A DNA stretch of 31,595 nucleotides, from assembly GCF_006345805.1 (NCBI RefSeq), contig NW_021832184.1:1-31595 (forward strand), written 5' to 3'. This document shows, piece after piece, positions 1 to 10,605 of this stretch. The DNA comes from Octopus sinensis. Taxonomy: Eukaryota. The number at the start of each line of letters is the position of its first letter. Within the stretch, counting starts at the first letter, position 1. Both the position numbers and the translations under genes were made by a program. Below the pieces are notes generated by a model. That model made no database searches and was not told the origin of the DNA. It saw only the letters and a list, made by a program, of their open reading frames with translations.

Positions 1-261
1 GACTATTCCATTTCTGCACGCTAATTTTATTTTGAATTCTTCCCATTCATGTGAAACCATTTATTCAAGTTCAAGTCATTGATGCAATTTTATACCAATT
101 GTTATGTTACGATTATATTATATTTTAGCTTGATTTTAATTATTACTTACTACATATAATTCAATTGTTATTATTATCTCTAATTTTTATTGTTAAAGTG
201 AACGTATCTGACATAAAATAGAGAAATGTTTTTGTTTCACTTTTAACACGTAATACTGAAA

Positions 262-605
262 TAGTGGAGAAGATATGATATTGCTATGGGTTCGCCCTAG
301 GCAAGAAGTTGAACATTTTTGCCCATGAAACTACATGGGCCCTAAGTAAGGCATGTGTAAAATTTGAATGAAATTGGTTGTGTAGTTCTCAAGTTTTAGG
401 GAATCGTAGTGAAGAAGATATGATATTGCTGTGGGATCACCCTAGGCAAAAAGTTAAAACCTTTTTTTGCCGATGACATCTCCCGGACCCTAAGTAAGGC
501 ATGCGTAAAATTTAAATGAAATTGGTTGTGTAGTTCTCAAGTTTTAGGGAAACACACGGACAGACAGACACACAACACATTCTCCTTTTTATATATATTT
601 GTAGA
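262..605 (-). mobile_element. Non-autonomous Helitron-type element, 5' part, with two ~145-bp internal tandem units
   Basis: Minus strand begins A|TCTACAAATATATATAAAAAGG, followed by a (TGTC)n-like tract, matching the usual Helitron A|TC 5' end. Units 262-403 and 407-551 are direct repeats (TAGTG.AGAAGATATGATATTGCT...GTTTTAGGGAA). No 3' hairpin/CTAG was found, so the left boundary is uncertain. Confidence 0.6.
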
Positions 606-678
606 TATATTGATAAAAATGGTAAGTCAACAAAAGAATGAAAGAGACCTCGATATAATGTAAATAGAAGAATATATC

Positions 679-1045
679 TGTAAATGTAATATGTGACAAT
701 TATTCGGTAGCCATGATAAAACTCCGTGTTTCGGATGCCGAGGTGGAAATCCACGCCGCCATCTCTTCAGTTGTCAGGTCATCGGATAAAAAGGCTATCA
801 AAACGACCGTTAAACAAAAGGAAATTACTGTGTGATTAACCGTTATTAAGACAAAAGAGCTAGTTGAATGACCGCTAAGTGAGGGGAGCGAGTAAAATAA
901 GGGGGTAAAACGGATCATAGTATTCGCGTAAGCGCGCATGTCCATACCTTCACATGCGCGCTCGAACATCCACGTACATGCCATGCGCCTAAAAGTATAC
1001 GCTCATCCACCCTCACTTGAAACGTACACATTCTCACCCGCACCA
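679..1045 (-). mobile_element. Penelope-like terminal repeat (pLTR) or retrozyme-like fragment carrying a hammerhead motif
   Basis: Contains the hammerhead-like motif at 714-776 and ends in T-rich sequence at ATATAT. 679-881 is the reverse complement of 1782-1954. No ORF. Confidence 0.55.
714..776 (-). ncRNA. Type I hammerhead ribozyme motif, near-intact
   Basis: Minus strand: UGACAA-CUGAAGA-GAUGGCGGCGUGGA(UU)UCCACCUCGGCAUC-C-GAAA-C(ACGGA)G-UU|UUAUCA. Core is intact; stem I has 5 of 6 pairs; stem II is a long imperfect helix with one extra C at its base. Confidence 0.55.
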
Positions 1046-1228
1046 TTCGCCAAATATATATGTATATAATATATATATATATATAATATATATATATGCA
1101 ATCCCCCCGCACACACACACCAAAACAGTTCATACACACGTCTCTATACGCACAAGCACAAGAAAAACAGGGCTAAGGACAACAATACAGAAAAAAATTG
1201 TAGGGGAATATAAAAATAAGCAAAGAGT

Positions 1229-1738
1229 TGTGACGCCCTTCGGTCATGAATGACCATGGTATTGCACCTAGAAACTTACCCTCCGAGGCACAAGTCTGGG
1301 CAAGGTTGTTTATGGAAGACCAGCAGACGTCCACTCATACCACCCTCCCCTCTCCACGCCATCGATGGTATCAAAGGGAAATGCAAAGGCAGATACAGCT
1401 TTGCACCAGTGACGTCGCAGATCATTTATTAACTTGCAAGTGGCTGAGCACTCCACAGACACGTGTACCCTTAACGTAGTTCTCGGGGAGATTCAGCGTG
1501 ACACAGAGTGTGAAAAGCTGGCTTTTTGAAATACAGGTACAAGAGAAACAGGAAGAAAGTCTGAGATAAAGTTGTGATGAAGGAGTACAGGAGGGTTCAC
1601 CCCCTCCCCTGCCGGAGCCTCGTGGAATTTTAGGCGTTTTCGCTCAATAAACACTCACTATACCCGGTCTGGGAATCGAAACTGCGATCCTACGACCGCG
1701 AGTCCGCTACCCTAACCACTGGGCCATTGCGGCTCCAC
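1229..1738 (-). mobile_element. tRNA-derived SINE (head A + shared central domain X + long tail), full length
   Basis: Minus-strand head GTGGAGCCGCAATGGCCCAGTGGTTAGG (A box) and GTTTCGATTCCC (B box). Perfect 11-bp target-site duplication AAGCAAAGAGT at 1218-1228 and 1739-1749. Confidence 0.9.
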
Positions 1739-1781
1739 AAGCAAAGAGTAAAACACGTCTATATGCGCACATACCCGTATG

Positions 1782-1954
1782 CACTTAGCGGTCATTCAAA
1801 TAGCTCTTTTGTCTTAATAACGGTCAATCACACAGTAATTTCCCTTTGTTTAACGGTCATTTTGATAGCGTTTTTTCCGAGGGCCGGAAAACTGAAGAGA
1901 TGGCGGCGTGTATTTATCATGGCTACCGAATAATTGTCATATATTACATTTACA
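1782..1954 (+). mobile_element. Second, inverted copy of the 679-881 pLTR-like repeat, with the 3' half of the hammerhead deleted
   Basis: Reverse complement of 679-881. Retains CTGAAGAGATGGCGGCGTG but lacks roughly 30 bp covering the stem II 3' arm, GAAA and stem III. Runs into (TA)n. Confidence 0.7.
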
Positions 1955-1962
1955 TATATATA

Positions 1963-2000
<38 letters not shown>

Positions 2001-2074
2001 CCATTGTATATTTATGCATGAATGTATGTATGTATGTTATGTATGTATGTATGTATGTATGTATGTATGTATGA

Positions 2075-2148
<74 letters not shown>

Positions 2149-2160
2149 GCATGTATGTAT
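1953..2160. repeat. Compound microsatellite (TA)n-(TATG)n-(TCTA)n
   Basis: Directly visible. Confidence 0.95.
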
Positions 2161-2181
2161 GCTCGTATGTACGTACATGAT

Positions 2182-2465
2182 GGACTCTTCCGTCGTTAGA
2201 TGACGTATGAGGGTTCGAGAATTTCTTACCGAACAACCACACATGATTTGGTTATAGTGATCAAATGTTTTGTGTAGACATAAGCTCACTCCCTCCATCA
2301 GATCGACATTATCTAAACAGCTGCAACTGGGTGCCGCATGTCAGATGTGGAAATGATCGCAGAGCAACATGAAATGAAGTGCTTTGGTCGAGAACAGAAC
2401 GCCACGGCCGGTCTGGGAATCGAACCTGCGACCTCGCAATCGTGAGTGCAACACCTTAAACACTA
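2182..2465 (-). mobile_element. tRNA-derived SINE (head B type), diverged
   Basis: Minus strand TAGTGTTTAAGGTGTTGCACTCACGATTGCGAGGTCGCAGGTTCGATTCCCAGACCGG (B box), followed by a TTCTCGACCAAAGCACTTCATTTCATGTTGCTC body. Its 3' end resembles that of the SINE at 22297-22622. Confidence 0.7.
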
Positions 2466-2514
2466 ATCTATGTATATGTACGTATGTATGCATGTGTGAG
2501 CGTGTCTCTATCTC

Positions 2515-2584
<70 letters not shown>

Positions 2585-3080
2585 TCACAATACCTGCAGA
2601 TCTGTATATATACCTGTATGTACATATACATTCATACACACAGATATATATGCATACACTACATACACATATGTAAACACCAGCATACACTTATATTACA
2701 AATGATACGTTAACAGTTAAAGGTTTATATAAAAGTCATTGAATTTATTTCGAAGCATTAACCCAGAACAGAAACATCCCACTATTTTGCCTTTCTAAAA
2801 GTTAGGAGTATATAAACTTGTCACTTATATGGAATGACAGTACTATCACAGCACGTATCACATGAATATCACAGATAATTGTGTAGGCTCTTAACCACCA
2901 GCAAAATGGATGTTGTATTCATCAGAATAGTTGCAAGTATTTTATATGTTTGATATTTAGATATTAAAGTTATAATTAATGATATTCTTAGGTTTTATAC
3001 TTGTTTTAATCATAGAACTGATGAGCAAGCTATCTAGGAAAAGAATACAGGGACATGAAATAGGAAATGCACACTTTCTA

Positions 3081-3521
3081 TACTCTTTACTCTTTACTCT
3101 TTTACTTGCTTCAGTCATTTGACTATGGCCATGCTGGAGCACCGCCTTTAGTCGAGCAAATCGACACCAGGACTTGCTCTTTGTAAGCCTTGTACTTATT
3201 CTATCGGTCTCTTTGCCGAGCCGCTAAGTTACGGGGACGTAAACATACCAGCATCGGTTGTCAAGCGATGTTGGGGGGACAAACACAGACACACAAACAA
3301 CACACATACATATATATACATATACATATATACGACGGGCTTCTTTCAGTTTCCGTCTACCAAATCCACTCACAAGGCTTTGGTCGGCCCGAGGCTATAG
3401 TAGAAGACACTTGCCCAAAGTGCCACGCAGTGGGATTGAACCCGGAACCATGTGGTTCTAAGAAAGCTACTTACCACACAGTCACTCCTGCGCTTATCCA
3501 CACAGCCACTCCTGCGCCTAT
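3081..3521 (-). mobile_element. tRNA-derived SINE, family C (CORE-like central motif, internal microsatellite)
   Basis: A box TGGCTGTGTGG, B box GGTTCAATCCC, CORE-like GCACTTTGGGCAAGTGTCTT, internal (CA/TA)n tract and (AAGAGTA)n tail. Homologous to copies at 8526, 23130, 25765 and 30306. Confidence 0.85.
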
Positions 3522-4039
3522 CTATAAAATATTTTCGAATCGTTTCGTACATCAGAGACCCATAAGGAAATCTAAAAGCTAGAGAGTAAGTATAAAAACT
3601 CAGAGTCAAACAAGTTTTCACATGTGTACAAGGGCCGAAATCATTACTGTATTCCTCTCTTCTTGATCCGGCAGCGCTACACGGAGGTATTTCCGGTTCT
3701 ACACAAACTGTATCGTCAGCCGGTCTTGTCCGTGATGTTTGCAGGGTAAGAAAGCATTCTCCACTCACTCGTCTTGTGACCAATATTATTGACTTGCGGA
3801 GTTATGTGGAACAGGTGTAGGGCGGATCCAGTTGTCAGCCAGATCCGTTGTTGAAGATCGTCCTGCCACCTTCTATTAGCCGGAATTGACAAGCAGTTTT
3901 TGTCTCGTGGCCTTGGCGAAAATGTATAAGACTGCAAGAGCTTAAGAACGACAACTTTCTCTTTGGCCAAAAAGTTTATCAACTGTTTCAAATTTTCCTT
4001 GAAAGGAAAAAAATGAGGTTGGAGAGGGAAGCACTGCCT

Positions 4040-4440
4040 CTCATTAGTATTTGTTCCGGATCCTTACATTCCGTGTTCGAATCCTGCCGAGGACAACTTT
4101 TCGCGGTCGATAAAATAAAGTACCTCATCATCATATTTCTTTAATAATGTAGAGCATGTATGAATATCTTTTATGATATCTTTCCTCAATCGATGCCATT
4201 CGATTACCCAACTTTATGTCACTCTTTGTGTCGATCCCTTTCGCCCGTTGCTCTACTAGTTCGGAGAATAGTTGGGACATCGAAAAATGCCTCGTGGTAT
4301 TTTTTCGGCTTTTAACCGTCTGAGTCGAAATACCACTGAGAACAATTTCGCCCTTATGTCTCCAGGGCCAACGAAAGAAAAAAAGAACCAGACAAGCACT
4401 GATGTCGATTTAACTGACTTAAATCATCCAACTAAATATT
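4040..4440 (+). mobile_element. Two degraded family-D SINE-like units
   Basis: GTTCGAATCCTGCCGAGGACAAC and GAGTCGAAATACCACTGAG are diverged versions of the D-family GAGTTCAAATTCCGCCGAGGTCGAC block. Confidence 0.5.
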
Positions 4441-4470
4441 GATATCCGTAACATTATTACTAGTAATAAT

Positions 4471-4869
4471 AAGGCGGCGAGCTGGCTGAAATGTTAGCAC
4501 GCCGGGCGAAATGCTTAGCAGTATTTCGTCTGTCGTTACGTTCTGAGTTCAAATTCCGCCGAGGTCGACTTCGCCTTTCATCCTTTCGGGGTCGATTAAA
4601 TAAGTACCAGTTATGCACTGAGGTTGATATAATCGACTTAATCCGTTTGTCTGTCCTTGTTTGTTCCGTCTGTGTTTAGCCCCTTGTGGGTAGTAAAGAA
4701 ATAGGTATTTCGTCTGTCTTTACATCTGAGTTCAAATTCTGTCGAGGTCGACTTTGCCTTTCATCCTTTCGGGGTCCATAAATTAAGTACCAGTTGCGTA
4801 CTGGAGTCGATCTAATCAACTAGCCCCCACCCTCAAAAATTTAGGCCTTGTGTCTAGAGTAGAAAAGAA
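4471..4869 (+). mobile_element. Family-D SINE dimer (full unit with tail 1, plus 5'-truncated unit with tail 2)
   Basis: Unit 4471-4703 ends GCCCCTTGTGGGTAGTAAAGAAATA; unit 4704-4869 starts at GGTATTTCG and ends GGCCTTGTGTCTAGAGTAGAAAAG. Both carry the B-box-like GAGTTCAAATTC. Confidence 0.85.
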
Positions 4870-4885
4870 CGTATCTTGCCCGACG

Positions 4886-5289
4886 AAGGTGGCGAGCAGG
4901 CAGATACGTTAGAACGCCAGGCGAAATGCTTAATGATATTTCGTCTGCCGCTACGTTCTGAGATCAAATTACGCCGAGGTCGACTTTGCCTTTCATCTTC
5001 TCGGGATCGATTAAATAAGTACCAGTTACTTTCTGTCCTTATTTATCCCCTCTATGTTTAGCCCCTTGTGGGCAATAAAGAAATAAGGAACATTAGAACG
5101 CCGGGCAAAATGCTTAGGAGTATTTCGTCTGTCTTTTCGTTCTGAGTTCAAATTCCACTGAGGTCAACTTTGCTTGTCGTCCTTTCCAGGTCGATAAATT
5201 AAGTACCAGTTGCGTACTGGAGTCGATCTAATCGACTGGCACCCACCCCCTAAATTTCGGGCCTTGTGCCTAGAGTAGAAACGATTATT
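4886..5289 (+). mobile_element. Second family-D SINE dimer (tail 1 then tail 2)
   Basis: Same order as 4471-4869. Unit 4886-5085 ends GCCCCTTGTGGGCAATAAAGAAATA; unit ~5086-5289 ends GGCCTTGTGCCTAGAGTAGAAAC. Confidence 0.85.
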
Positions 5290-5537
5290 CCTGGTAGTAG
5301 TGTCAGTATTATTACTAGTAGCATTAGTAGCGGTCGTTCTATCAATAATAACTAGTATCGTCTGTAACAGGGACATCAGCAACGGTAGCTTTAGTAGTAA
5401 TAGGAGTTGTTGTTTTATTGTTGTTGTTGTTGTTACCTTTTCACAATATATCGAACGTATTAACAACGATTTGTGAAAGAGATTACTTTTCAGAAGTTAC
5501 AAGATAACCCCAGTAAAAAAATAATGTATGAATATAT

Positions 5538-5539
<2 letters not shown>

Positions 5540-5572
<33 letters not shown>

Positions 5573-5935
5573 ATATATATATATAATATATATATTATAT
5601 AATATATATATATATATAATATATATATATATATCTATATATATACATACATGCTTACTATATATACATACATTTATATATAATATATATGTATATATAT
5701 TCAGATGCACAAATATGTACGTATATTATAACTGATATACGTATATTTATATATATATGCATATATGATTTTACTGAAACATGTATATGTATACATCTGT
5801 CTGCATACATGTATATTCATACATATGATATATATATGATATATATATGTATATATATATATATTATATAATATATATATATATATATATATGATATATA
5901 TATATATATACATACATATACACATACATACATAT
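5540..5935. repeat. Long degenerate (TA)n/(TATG)n tract
   Basis: Directly visible. Confidence 0.9.
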
Positions 5936-6961
5936 TCATATAAGCCCATATGTTTATGCGTGTATGTCTCAGCGTGCTGGGGTGGGTGGCTTGGTGCCTT
6001 TGTATACTCGCCTTTTGTCAATCTTATTAGCATGTGTAAGTAGTTTTTCTGTATGTTTAATGATGCATAGTAATTTATCTGTTCCACAGCAAGAATCATA
6101 ATATATTAATATCTTGTGCTGAGAAAATCTTCAGTTACCAACACAAGCAATTTTGCAGAAGCGCTGAAGCGAAGTGATAAGTCAACGTTTCGTTCGCTAG
6201 ATTGGATGCATTAAGTCAAATTGACGAACTTTTCAAATGCTACAAATAGTATATCTTGCACGGGAGGTGTGGTAGTATTTCAGAATTTATAAGCCTCTAT
6301 CCACAATCCATGTATTTGCTCTCGCTTTATCATCTGATACGTAAATTGCAATATGTAGGTGCGTAGTTAAGAAAATGTTATACTGTTACACTCTTACTAT
6401 TTATTTCGATCCCGCTACGCGGTAATTTGGGCAAATGTTTTCTCTTCTGCCATTGGCTCATGTCACCAAATCTATTGCGAATGGATGCTGTTTGACTGAA
6501 CGCATGTGTGAGCCTTTGACCTGTGTTCATGTCTGAGTTTGTGTTGTTATTTATGTTCTTCATCTTAGCTGTTTGGCAAAATGTTCAATACCAGCCTGAA
6601 ATAATTAGTAGTTTCGATATGATCAACAAAAATACAAACACATCATTGAGGGTAATGCCCCGGAATAGCTGAAACTGCACTATTGAAAGCTGTGAAAAAG
6701 GGTAATGATGACCACAACACATATAAGGACATAAAAATTAGCAATATCTCGTAACACAGGAAGTAAGAAAACGTCTAATATTGAAGATAATCATGTCATA
6801 TCAGATTAAAAAGTAATGTTGCACCAATGTAATAACAAATATAATGTCACTAAAAGAAGTGAGGATGAAGATTTGTTAAGGGAAAAATATTAGAGAAAGA
6901 GATCAGTATTTCTGTAATTTATTTTAGTAAATGTGAGTTATACTTTAGAGGCCAAAGAAAC

Positions 6962-7248
6962 GAGATGCCTGGCTCATAAGGGCCGGTTTCCCAGTTTCTT
7001 GGCGTATAGGTTCCCCACCTGGACGGGACGCCGGTCCATCGCAGGTGAGCTGCAAGATGCAGGAGGAAAGAGTGAGAGAAAGTTGTGGCGAAAGAGTCAG
7101 CAGAAGTTTCGCCATTACTGTCTGCCGGAGCCGCGTAGAGCTTAGGTGTTTCGCTCATAAACACACACATCGTCCGGTCTGAGATTCGAACCTGCGATCC
7201 CTCGACCGTCAGTCCGCTACTCTAACCACTAGGCCATGCGCCTCCACA
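6962..7248 (-). mobile_element. tRNA-derived SINE (head A + V-SINE-like tail)
   Basis: Head GTGGAGGCGCATGGCCTAGTGGTTAG ... GGTTCGAATCTC, the same head family as 1229-1738, but the tail is CTGCGATGGACCGGCGTCCCGTCCAGGTGGGG. Left boundary approximate. Confidence 0.8.
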
Positions 7249-7249
7249 A

Positions 7250-7830
7250 ACGACATATTTGGCGCCAGTAGATCAAGATAGGATAACTAACTTCAAGGCA
7301 TATTATCTGAGGATTTTCAAACAACTTACGAAGGCAATTGATAGACAGTATAAACCTGCAGTTAATGATTTCTGGAAAAAAGTTTAACACAGGCGTTGTA
7401 GAAAATACAACTGAGTCATTGAATGAAGTGAAACCCTCAATTATAAATGGCGTCTTGAAAACTATATGGCCACTCTGTATCTGTAAGTTTCCCATAAGCA
7501 GAACGTCTACAACAAATTAGGATATATACTCTGATATTTGCAAATTTTGTAGAGTTTGAAAACAACCCTCGAAGAAGATATGGATTAGTTTCTAGTGTCT
7601 CACAGAGGAAGTCTATCTAATGTGACGCTAATGCTGTTGGAATAAGAGCAAGCTGAAAATAAAAATGAGAACTACGTACATTCCACTAACACCACTTATA
7701 TTGACTGCAAAGAATACTGCTAAAAGCTCGGTAGTTTTAAAGGAAAGTCTACAAGTTTATGCTGAAAACAATCCTAATCGTGCGCATAACATAAAAATTA
7801 CAAGAAGAATTTACAATGTGCTCCTTCCTC
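7250..7830 (+). pseudogene. Tigger/pogo (DDE_1-type) transposase, C-terminal fragment, frameshifted
   Basis: Manual translation gives TTYLAPVDQDRITNFKAYYLRIFKQLTKAID...DFWKK / FNTGVVENTTESLNEVKPSIINGVLKTIWP, then EEDMD*FLVSHRGSLSN and AENNPNRAHNIKITR. These resemble the pogo/Tigger motifs QPMDQGVIxxFKAYYLR, WxEVxxSTINGVWKKLWP and NDPNxERSxKV. Confidence 0.75.
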
Positions 7831-8331
7831 AGCTACACCATAAACATCAAATGCATATATGGGTACAGAACGGCACTAATGGTGCAAATAACATGAGTAA
7901 GGTAAAGAGCGAGAAAAAATGGAAAACAGATCAAGCAAACACAGAAAAAGGGCCCTTCATCTGTTGTCTGCTGTTTATCTACTCTTCATTTCAAACGTCC
8001 AATGACAATATGAGTATTCAATGACAGTTGCTCCCATAAATTCTAAAATAAAGTTTAGGATTTATGGAGGGTCAAAGTTGGAAACAAAAGCAGGACAGTG
8101 GAGACAGATAAGGAAACCGAACGAAAACAAACATGGAACGAGGGAAAAGCAGTGAACTCTGGGAGAAATATTTTTTTGATAAGAGAAAAAAAAACAGAAG
8201 TGGAGAGCGAAAAAATACGTCCACTCTTTTGAACGTCTGTGCAGGAAAAGAAAAATGGTCACGTGAAGAAAAGAAAGATGGACGATGGTCACGTGTGAGC
8301 AGCGTGAGAGAAAGATAGAAAACAGAGAAAC

Positions 8332-8372
<41 letters not shown>

Positions 8373-8525
8373 AAAATAGTGAATGGGAGGGGGAGAAAAA
8401 GGGAATTAGAGAAGGATGGTGGAAGAAAGCAGTGTAAAGTAGAGTCGCATCAAAAAGGTAAAGATAAATTTACTTGGAAATGGATGCGTGGCGTTCAATT
8501 AAATAATGATAAATAATATATATTA

Positions 8526-8927
8526 TTCCTTTTCACTTGTTTTAGTCCTTTTACTGCGGCCATGCTGGATTACTGCCTTCATGGGTTTGTTTCGTTGAAC
8601 CAATGGATCTCAGGACTTAATTTTAAGCCTCATACTTATTTTATTGGTGCCTTTTGCCGAACCGCTAAATAAGGGCACGTAAATAAACCAACACTGGTTG
8701 TCAAGCGGTGATGGGGGACAGAAAATGACAGAAAGACAGAGACACACACACGCACATATACATACGACGGGCTTCTTTCAGTTTCCGTCTACCAAATCAA
8801 CTCACAAGGCTTTGGTCATCCCAGGGCTATAGCAGAAGACATTTGCCCAAGGTGATACGCAGTGGGGCTGAAATCTGAACTATTTGTCGGGAAGCAAGCT
8901 TCTTATCACGCCGCCACGGCTGCGCCT
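8526..8927 (-). mobile_element. Family-C SINE
   Basis: Shares TACGACGGGCTTCTTTCAGTTTCCGTCTACCAAATC...CACAAGGCTTTGGTC and the head with 3081-3521. Confidence 0.85.
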
Positions 8928-8968
8928 ATATATATACACACACACACACACCACACACACACACACAC

Positions 8969-9021
<53 letters not shown>

Positions 9022-9025
<4 letters not shown>

Positions 9026-9110
9026 CGAGCGACCAGAAACGTTGGCATGTCGGGCGAGATATGCTTAGCGGTATTTCGTCTGTCTTTGCCATCTGAGTTC
9101 AAATTCTGCC
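9022..9110 (+). mobile_element. Family-D SINE, 5' fragment
   Basis: AAGGCGAGCGACCAGAAACGTTGGC...GCTTAGCGGTATTTCGTCTGTC...CTGAGTTCAAATTCTGCC. Confidence 0.75.
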
Positions 9111-9725
9111 TGTTTGATGTTAGATGTTGGTGGTCGGTGAACTTGGTATATCTTCTTTAACTGAGAATAAATCTGCTAAGGTTTCATAAATACAACCACT
9201 GGCTTTGCTATGTCTATGGATTTTTTAGATTACTCAGTGACTGTGTTAAACCATAAACTAATTTAGGAACTGAAATAGATTTTCCCATTGTATATTTATA
9301 TGATCTCTTTGTTTAATATTTGCCATTTTAAGCCACACTCATTCTCCTATAAATTCGAATATAAAAATTAATTACATCAATAATCCAGCTAACGCTGGGT
9401 CGGTGCTTAAACTCTTATCGCTTTAAAATCTTAGTTTAAAGTGTTACCCGTTGATACTGGACTGCATTTCGATTTTATCGCTTACGACTGCATTAAATGC
9501 AATTTTACTGAAACAGTAGTTTAAATTTTGAACACAGTTTGTGTTTACTTCACACACACACGTACACACACACATACACAGACACACACACACACTCGCA
9601 CACACATACACACACATTAAGAAAGGTCAGTATATTTTGGGGAGTACGGTTGAATATCAGTTATGTAATGACTCTTGATCGCGTACATATTTAATCCTGA
9701 TGCTCTCAAATTCATAACACGAAAT

Positions 9726-9787
9726 ATTACACTGAGGAGAGAAATAGGTTAATATGATTTACTTTAATCTCGAAACGCGTCTGTAAT
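9726..9787 (+). ncRNA. Minimal type I hammerhead ribozyme, canonical core
   Basis: AUUACA-CUGAGGA-GAGA(25 nt)UCUC-GAAA-CGCG-UC|UGUAAU: 6-bp stem I, 4-bp stem II base, palindromic ACGCGU stem III, GUC cleavage triplet (predicted cut after 9781). Confidence 0.85.
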
Positions 9788-10048
9788 TAATCGAAGTCGT
9801 GTGGATTCATAATATTTCTTTTTGCCCACATAAAAAAGTGTATTTTTGTTTCGGAGATATTTAGGGTTGTTGAAATGGAATTAGCCTCTATTTCTAATTT
9901 CGGTACGTGAAGAAGCAGTTAACTGACCCCTGATTATAATTATATTCATGTATATAATTATAGAATATTTTGTATAATTCACCTAGGTTATTTTAACTTA
10001 CTGACTACTTCGTACACTTATTAATTATTAATCAATTAATTAATCTTA

Positions 10049-10170
<122 letters not shown>

Positions 10171-10564
10171 TTTTTTCTTATATAATATATAAACAATTTG
10201 AAAGTAATGTTATAAAACATTGCGTAGGTTATAATATATATCTCTATATATATAAACGGCAAAATGTTTGCGTGTGTGTCCTTTATACAAATCCACAATT
10301 TTTTAGTTAGAGTGCTCGGACTTTCTATGGTCATTCAAAACCATCCAAGGGTGGTCGTGCACATCTTTATATTTCCCCAGTTACTCCGCAAAGCCATTAA
10401 AAAATCAATAGAAGTGACTTTTTTGTGAATTTTCTATCCAAAACCCAATAAAAATGCCCGAAACTTGATACGCCAATTGAATGCCTGTTAGCTGTATGTG
10501 ATTGGTTGGAGAGTTGGACAGTTCTCGCGTGTATGTGCGCATGCACGCAGCTGTATATGCATGC

Positions 10565-10605
10565 ACTAGCACGATGACCCGGCGTTGCCGGGTCATTGTG
10601 CTAGT
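10565..10605. mobile_element. Palindromic Helitron-like 3' terminus, readable on both strands
   Basis: ACTAGCACGATGACCCGGC-GTT-GCCGGGTCATTGTGCTAGT: 19-bp arms with one G.T mismatch. Each strand shows a GC-rich hairpin, 6 nt, then CTAG|T. Confidence 0.55.

Noticed and set aside
1650-1738. tRNA-like sequences at SINE heads (also 7160-7248, 11460-11551, 16527-16610, 22297-22372)
   Set aside because: A and B boxes are present, but each continues into a SINE body and lacks a proper acceptor stem, so they are not tRNA genes.
3018-3045. CTGATGA followed by GGAAAAG
   Set aside because: No stem II or stem I pairing. Other isolated core heptamers (near 2925, 6127, 7305, 7830, 12128, 13010, 17385, 25725) were rejected for the same reason.
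3693-3723. Minus-strand CCGG-CUGACGA-UACA(GUUUG)UGUA-GAA-CCGG hammerhead look-alike
   Set aside because: No GAAA, stem III or NUH cleavage triplet; could be chance or a deleted remnant.
3530-3995. GC-richer, coding-looking segment with minus-strand ORFs
   Set aside because: Manual translation of the minus-strand frames gave no recognisable motif; probably a decayed retroelement, but unsupported without a database search.
4471-5289. Repeated units resembling a CRISPR or regular tandem array
   Set aside because: Units are 165-235-bp SINEs without unique spacers; eukaryotic context, no cas genes.
5290-5470. 100-aa T/L-rich ORF over degenerate (TAG)n/(TTG)n
   Set aside because: Decayed trinucleotide repeat, not a mucin-like exon.
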